From: Candidatus Poribacteria bacterium
GTDB taxonomy: Bacteria; Poribacteria; WGA-4E; PCPOR2b
Assembly (NCBI GenBank): GCA_965208325.1
Contig: OZ242326.1
Coordinates: forward strand, 2,048,001 to 2,112,000
Length of the DNA: 64,000 nt
Direction: 5' to 3'
A program made the translations under genes and the position numbers. Shown here in pieces: positions 60,600-64,000 of the stretch. How positions within the stretch are numbered: the first letter of the stretch is position 1; each line of letters starts with the position of its first letter. The notes beneath the pieces were generated by a model. It was not told where the DNA came from and did not search any database. It saw only the letters and a list, made by a program, of their open reading frames with translations.

Positions 60600-61025
60600 C
60601 TAAATCAGGCGGAGGATTGCTTCCTGTTTTTCGAACATAATCGCAGCGTCTTGCGCCGTTTGATGGTCGTAGCCGAGGAGATGAAGCACGCCATGTACAG
60701 TAAGCCAGGCGAGTTCAATTTCAAGGGAATGGTGTTTGTCGGCGGCTTGGCGTTGAGCAGTCTGAACAGAAATTACCACATCGCCAAGCAGATGCGAATG
60801 TAGATTGCCGTCATTTCCATCATTCATGGCAAAAGCCAACACGTCCGTTGGCGTGGTAATTTGACGATATTTTCGATTAAGGGCTTCGATTTCAAGGTCG
60901 TCCGTAATCAGTATACTCACTTCGCAATCTTCCAAACCGTGTATTCTTAAGGATGCCAACGCCGCGTTATGGATTATTGTTTCATCCAAATCGGGTTTCT
61001 GACTGTTATTGCTGGTGAGAATCAT
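60600..61025 (-). CDS. ybeY: rRNA maturation endoribonuclease YbeY
   Basis: LN..YR....PTDVL.F, LGDVVIS, HGVLHLLGYDH. Confidence 0.97.
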   Translation of the reverse strand: MILTSNNSQKPDLDETIIHNAALASLRIHGLEDCEVSILITDDLEIEALNRKYRQITTPTDVLAFAMNDGNDGNLHSHLLGDVVISVQTAQRQAADKHHSLEIELAWLTVHGVLHLLGYDHQTAQDAAIMFEKQEAILRLI

Positions 61026-61037
61026 CGGTGCGGTTGT

Positions 61038-62048
61038 TCAGGTTAGACGACTGTTTTCTTCAGTGTGGTTGGAATTTGGGGATGGAACAACGGTACGATT
61101 TTCGTAAGCTTCGATAATCCGTTGGACTAACTCGTGCCGAACAACATCTTCGCTGGAAAAGTAGATAAACGCAATTCCCGCAACGGTGGAGAGCACTGCT
61201 TGAGCATCGGCAAGCCCCGAGACTTTGCCGAGAGGCAAATCCGTTTGAGTGATGTCTCCAGTGACAACCGCTTTGGAATCATAACCGAGTCGAGTGAGGA
61301 ACATCTTCATCTGTTCTACGGTTGCATTTTGCGCTTCGTCAAGCACAACAAAGGAGTTATTTAACGTACGGCCCCGCATGAAAGCGAGCGGCGCAACTTC
61401 AATTATGTTACGCTCAATATAACGCTCAAGGGATTCCGGAGGAATCATATCGTAAAGCGCATCATACAAAGGGCGCAAATAAGGGTCAATCTTTGCAGAA
61501 ATGTCACCGGGTAGAAACCCGAGCCTTTCTCCTGCTTCAACCGCAGGGCGTGTTAAAATAATTCGGCTAGCCTGACCGCCTTTTAGGGCTGAAACAGCCA
61601 TTGCCATTGCGAGGTAGGTTTTTCCCGTTCCCGCTGGACCTATCCCGAAAACAAGATCGTGGTTTTTAATGGCTTCCACATAACGCCCTTGTCCAGGGGT
61701 TTTCGGACGCACAACCCCACGTTTGGAAAATACGGGAATGGCAGGTCCGACCGTTTTTTCCAGCTGAATGAGTTTCTCGCTTCTTGATACTCGGACTGCG
61801 TGTTTGACGTCGCTTGCATCAATTTGTTGACCGCTTCGAACAAGATTGAGCAACGACTCAAACGTCTTGCCGACACGGTGAACATCTTTGGAATCATCAC
61901 CGACAATTTTCAAGCCGTCACTTTTCACAGTAACTTTGGCGTTGAAGCTATCTTCGACAATTTTCAGAAAAACATCCGCTTGACCAAAGATTACTTGTGC
62001 TTCAGCATGGTCCTGTATCGGGACGCTCAAAGACTCTCGATTTTGCAA
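61038..62048 (-). CDS. phoH: PhoH family ATPase
   Basis: GPAGTGKTYLA, RPAVEAGERLGFLPGD, PLAFMRGRT, LDEAQN, GDITQ.DL. Confidence 0.95.
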   Translation of the reverse strand: MQNRESLSVPIQDHAEAQVIFGQADVFLKIVEDSFNAKVTVKSDGLKIVGDDSKDVHRVGKTFESLLNLVRSGQQIDASDVKHAVRVSRSEKLIQLEKTVGPAIPVFSKRGVVRPKTPGQGRYVEAIKNHDLVFGIGPAGTGKTYLAMAMAVSALKGGQASRIILTRPAVEAGERLGFLPGDISAKIDPYLRPLYDALYDMIPPESLERYIERNIIEVAPLAFMRGRTLNNSFVVLDEAQNATVEQMKMFLTRLGYDSKAVVTGDITQTDLPLGKVSGLADAQAVLSTVAGIAFIYFSSEDVVRHELVQRIIEAYENRTVVPSPNSNHTEENSRLT

Positions 62049-62166
62049 TACGATATCACTCTCCCTGCTTAATTTTATATGAAGTTTGGAATAAATGCAA
62101 GCCGAAAGGTTTCGGCTGGCGAAATAACCGAGTCAATTCTTCTGATGAATCATACCGTGAGTTCTT

Positions 62167-63444
62167 TTACATTAAATATCTGGGATGCCCAAACCCATCG
62201 TTAGCGATATGGCTGCGTGCTGGAATCTCTGCCTTATCCGGAATTATGAGATCGATTGCGGAGATGTTTTCGATAATTGTGCCGTCGCCGACTCGGACGC
62301 TTTGTCCTATGCGAATCATTCCCGGTTTGACAGATGCGTTTCTGACGGTACCGATTACAACTGAGGAGCCGATATCACAACCAGCCTCGATTTCCACAAA
62401 ACCGTGAAGTTCTGCGTTAGGGCCAACTGTCGAGTGGTTTCCAATCTTTACGGGCCCCAATAAACTTGCGTCCGTACCAATTCGAACAAAATCTCCAATG
62501 ATGGGATGACGTTGCTTCACCCTAACACTCATGCCTCCGAGCGTGCAAGGGTAGATAACGCAGCCCGATCCGATGATTCCGGTTTGCCCGGTGGTGATGC
62601 CGCGGTGAGGGTGATCAAGAAAGTTAGCGTCGCCGATTTGCGTTTCGGGGTGAAGGTCTGCCTGATAGTAGCGTCCGCCGAGTTCCGCCATTGCGCGAGG
62701 CAAAAACGGCACGGGGAACCGATGTAAATCGGGGTTTCCTTCGACTGAACCTGATTTGGTCAATGCGTGGGCGACATCGTGGTAGAAAAGCAACCGCCAA
62801 CCGGGATAAGTACTCATAACCAGTTGCATCTGATAGTCAAAAGCAAATGCCAAATCAAGACGATTCAAGGCATCTTGATAGGGTTGAAAATCCTTAGTTG
62901 AGATGGCTTTGTCGATTTGTGCGCCGATATTAAGTTCGGTGAGTTTTTCGCGCGAAACACCGCCGTGAAGGAGGTAAGCGTCCCACACGGCCGGGTCTTT
63001 GAAAGACGCGAAGCGATTCCATTGCGCACGGATTTTGAAGTCGGGGAGTTCCCAGAGTAATGCGAACGTGATGTCAAGCGCCCGGTCTTCTAAAGTTTCT
63101 TCGTCGCCCGCAGCCAAAAAGGATTGAGTGATCATCGCGTAGAGCTGATCCGCAACCTCCTCTATTGCATTTGGCAACTCGCGTTCTTGGTGCAACGGGT
63201 GCGGGGCATTGTGCGAACCCGGCGCCACACATTCTAACAGGTTTCCCAATACGATTTCGAGAATCTCCCGATTGACAAACCCGCGCCCGGAACGCAGCGA
63301 CAATACCTCTTCGCTGATTTTGTCAATGCGTAAGACTTTGAGTTCATCCGCAGAGTACATTGGACGGAGATGATTCAGCGCTTGGTTCAACCGTGGACGT
63401 TTACGGGTTTCATAAGATGAATCAAAGAGCGTTGTTTCAGCCAT
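62167..63444 (-). CDS. Serine O-acetyltransferase-like hexapeptide-repeat protein with long N-terminal helical region
   Basis: DLHP...IG...FLDH...G...GQT..IG..C.IY..TLGG....RHP.IGD (CysE-like LbH). Confidence 0.7.
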   Translation of the reverse strand: MAETTLFDSSYETRKRPRLNQALNHLRPMYSADELKVLRIDKISEEVLSLRSGRGFVNREILEIVLGNLLECVAPGSHNAPHPLHQERELPNAIEEVADQLYAMITQSFLAAGDEETLEDRALDITFALLWELPDFKIRAQWNRFASFKDPAVWDAYLLHGGVSREKLTELNIGAQIDKAISTKDFQPYQDALNRLDLAFAFDYQMQLVMSTYPGWRLLFYHDVAHALTKSGSVEGNPDLHRFPVPFLPRAMAELGGRYYQADLHPETQIGDANFLDHPHRGITTGQTGIIGSGCVIYPCTLGGMSVRVKQRHPIIGDFVRIGTDASLLGPVKIGNHSTVGPNAELHGFVEIEAGCDIGSSVVIGTVRNASVKPGMIRIGQSVRVGDGTIIENISAIDLIIPDKAEIPARSHIANDGFGHPRYLM

Positions 63445-63491
63445 GGCGCATTATACCTGAGAATTCGCTTTACTTAAAATTAAACCTTCCA

Positions 63492-63998
63492 TTACACAAA
63501 CTTTGGAGTCATGCCCGGCACGGCTAAATCGTACTTCACGGCAAGATCGTAAAACTTCATCATTCCTGCAATTTCCGCGCTGTCAAGGTCATAAAAAATG
63601 TGGTTGGTTAGATAATCCTGACAAGTATCCTCCGGCAATCCGAGTTTTTGAGCTTCGATTTGCGCGATTTCAGGTATATTGTTGACGCCTAGTTGCTTGG
63701 CACGCTGCAGCATTTGAGGCACGCTCCGTAAATTGACACCTTCTCTCGCCACCCAGCACGCATAGACAAATGGCAAGCCCGCGAACTCCTGCCACTCGGC
63801 GCCGAGATCTAAAGCAGAATCTGCCCGGCAACTCAATCCCATCGCAGCATCACCGATTAATAGCACAGCGTCCGCATCAGCCGACCATGGGTTAACAGAA
63901 GGAGAATAAGGAGTAAACTCTGGATGGAGATGGTACTTCTCGGCCAGCCAAATTTGCACCAGGGCGCAAGAACTTCGTGAACTTGTGTCAAGCGCGAC
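63492..63998 (-). CDS. mqnA: Chorismate dehydratase MqnA (futalosine menaquinone pathway), 5'-partial
   Basis: VALDTSSRSS, LLIGDAA, DLGAEW....GLPFVYA.W; frame open to the window end. Confidence 0.85.
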   Translation of the reverse strand, partial: VALDTSSRSSCALVQIWLAEKYHLHPEFTPYSPSVNPWSADADAVLLIGDAAMGLSCRADSALDLGAEWQEFAGLPFVYACWVAREGVNLRSVPQMLQRAKQLGVNNIPEIAQIEAQKLGLPEDTCQDYLTNHIFYDLDSAEIAGMMKFYDLAVKYDLAVPGMTPKFV

Positions 63999-64000
63999 GC

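Overview
Bacterial chromosomal window of about 50 genes. A Candidatus Poribacteria-like origin is my inference from the PhyH, FRG-TPR, HEAT and Ig/LysM gene content; it is not proven. Most of the window is housekeeping: hemH, hemY, larB, alaS, rpsB-tsf-frr-cdsA-dxr, murA, iscU-like/iscA, rtcB, thiE, recO, tRNA-Pro, corC-ybeY-phoH and mqnA. It also has an ECF sigma/anti-sigma pair beside a 1559-aa TPR protein and several envelope lipoproteins. Most interesting observations: (1) a five-gene minus-strand accessory island (13454-18516) where a TPR protein ends in a helix resembling a Doc-partner antitoxin and is translationally coupled to a Doc toxin, followed by a two-gene unknown/possibly ART-like pair and an FRG-TPR protein, making a candidate sensor-antitoxin defence module; (2) an AhpD/CMD-like selenoprotein hidden as two ORFs (in-frame UGA in CxxU plus a SECIS-like hairpin); (3) a ~70-aa module present three times in two unrelated proteins; (4) composite REP/MITE-like dispersed repeats; (5) an IscU lacking two of its three Cys ligands; (6) a ferrochelatase with an N-terminal four-Cys insert. 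All assignments are by eye from sequence motifs; no database searches were run.
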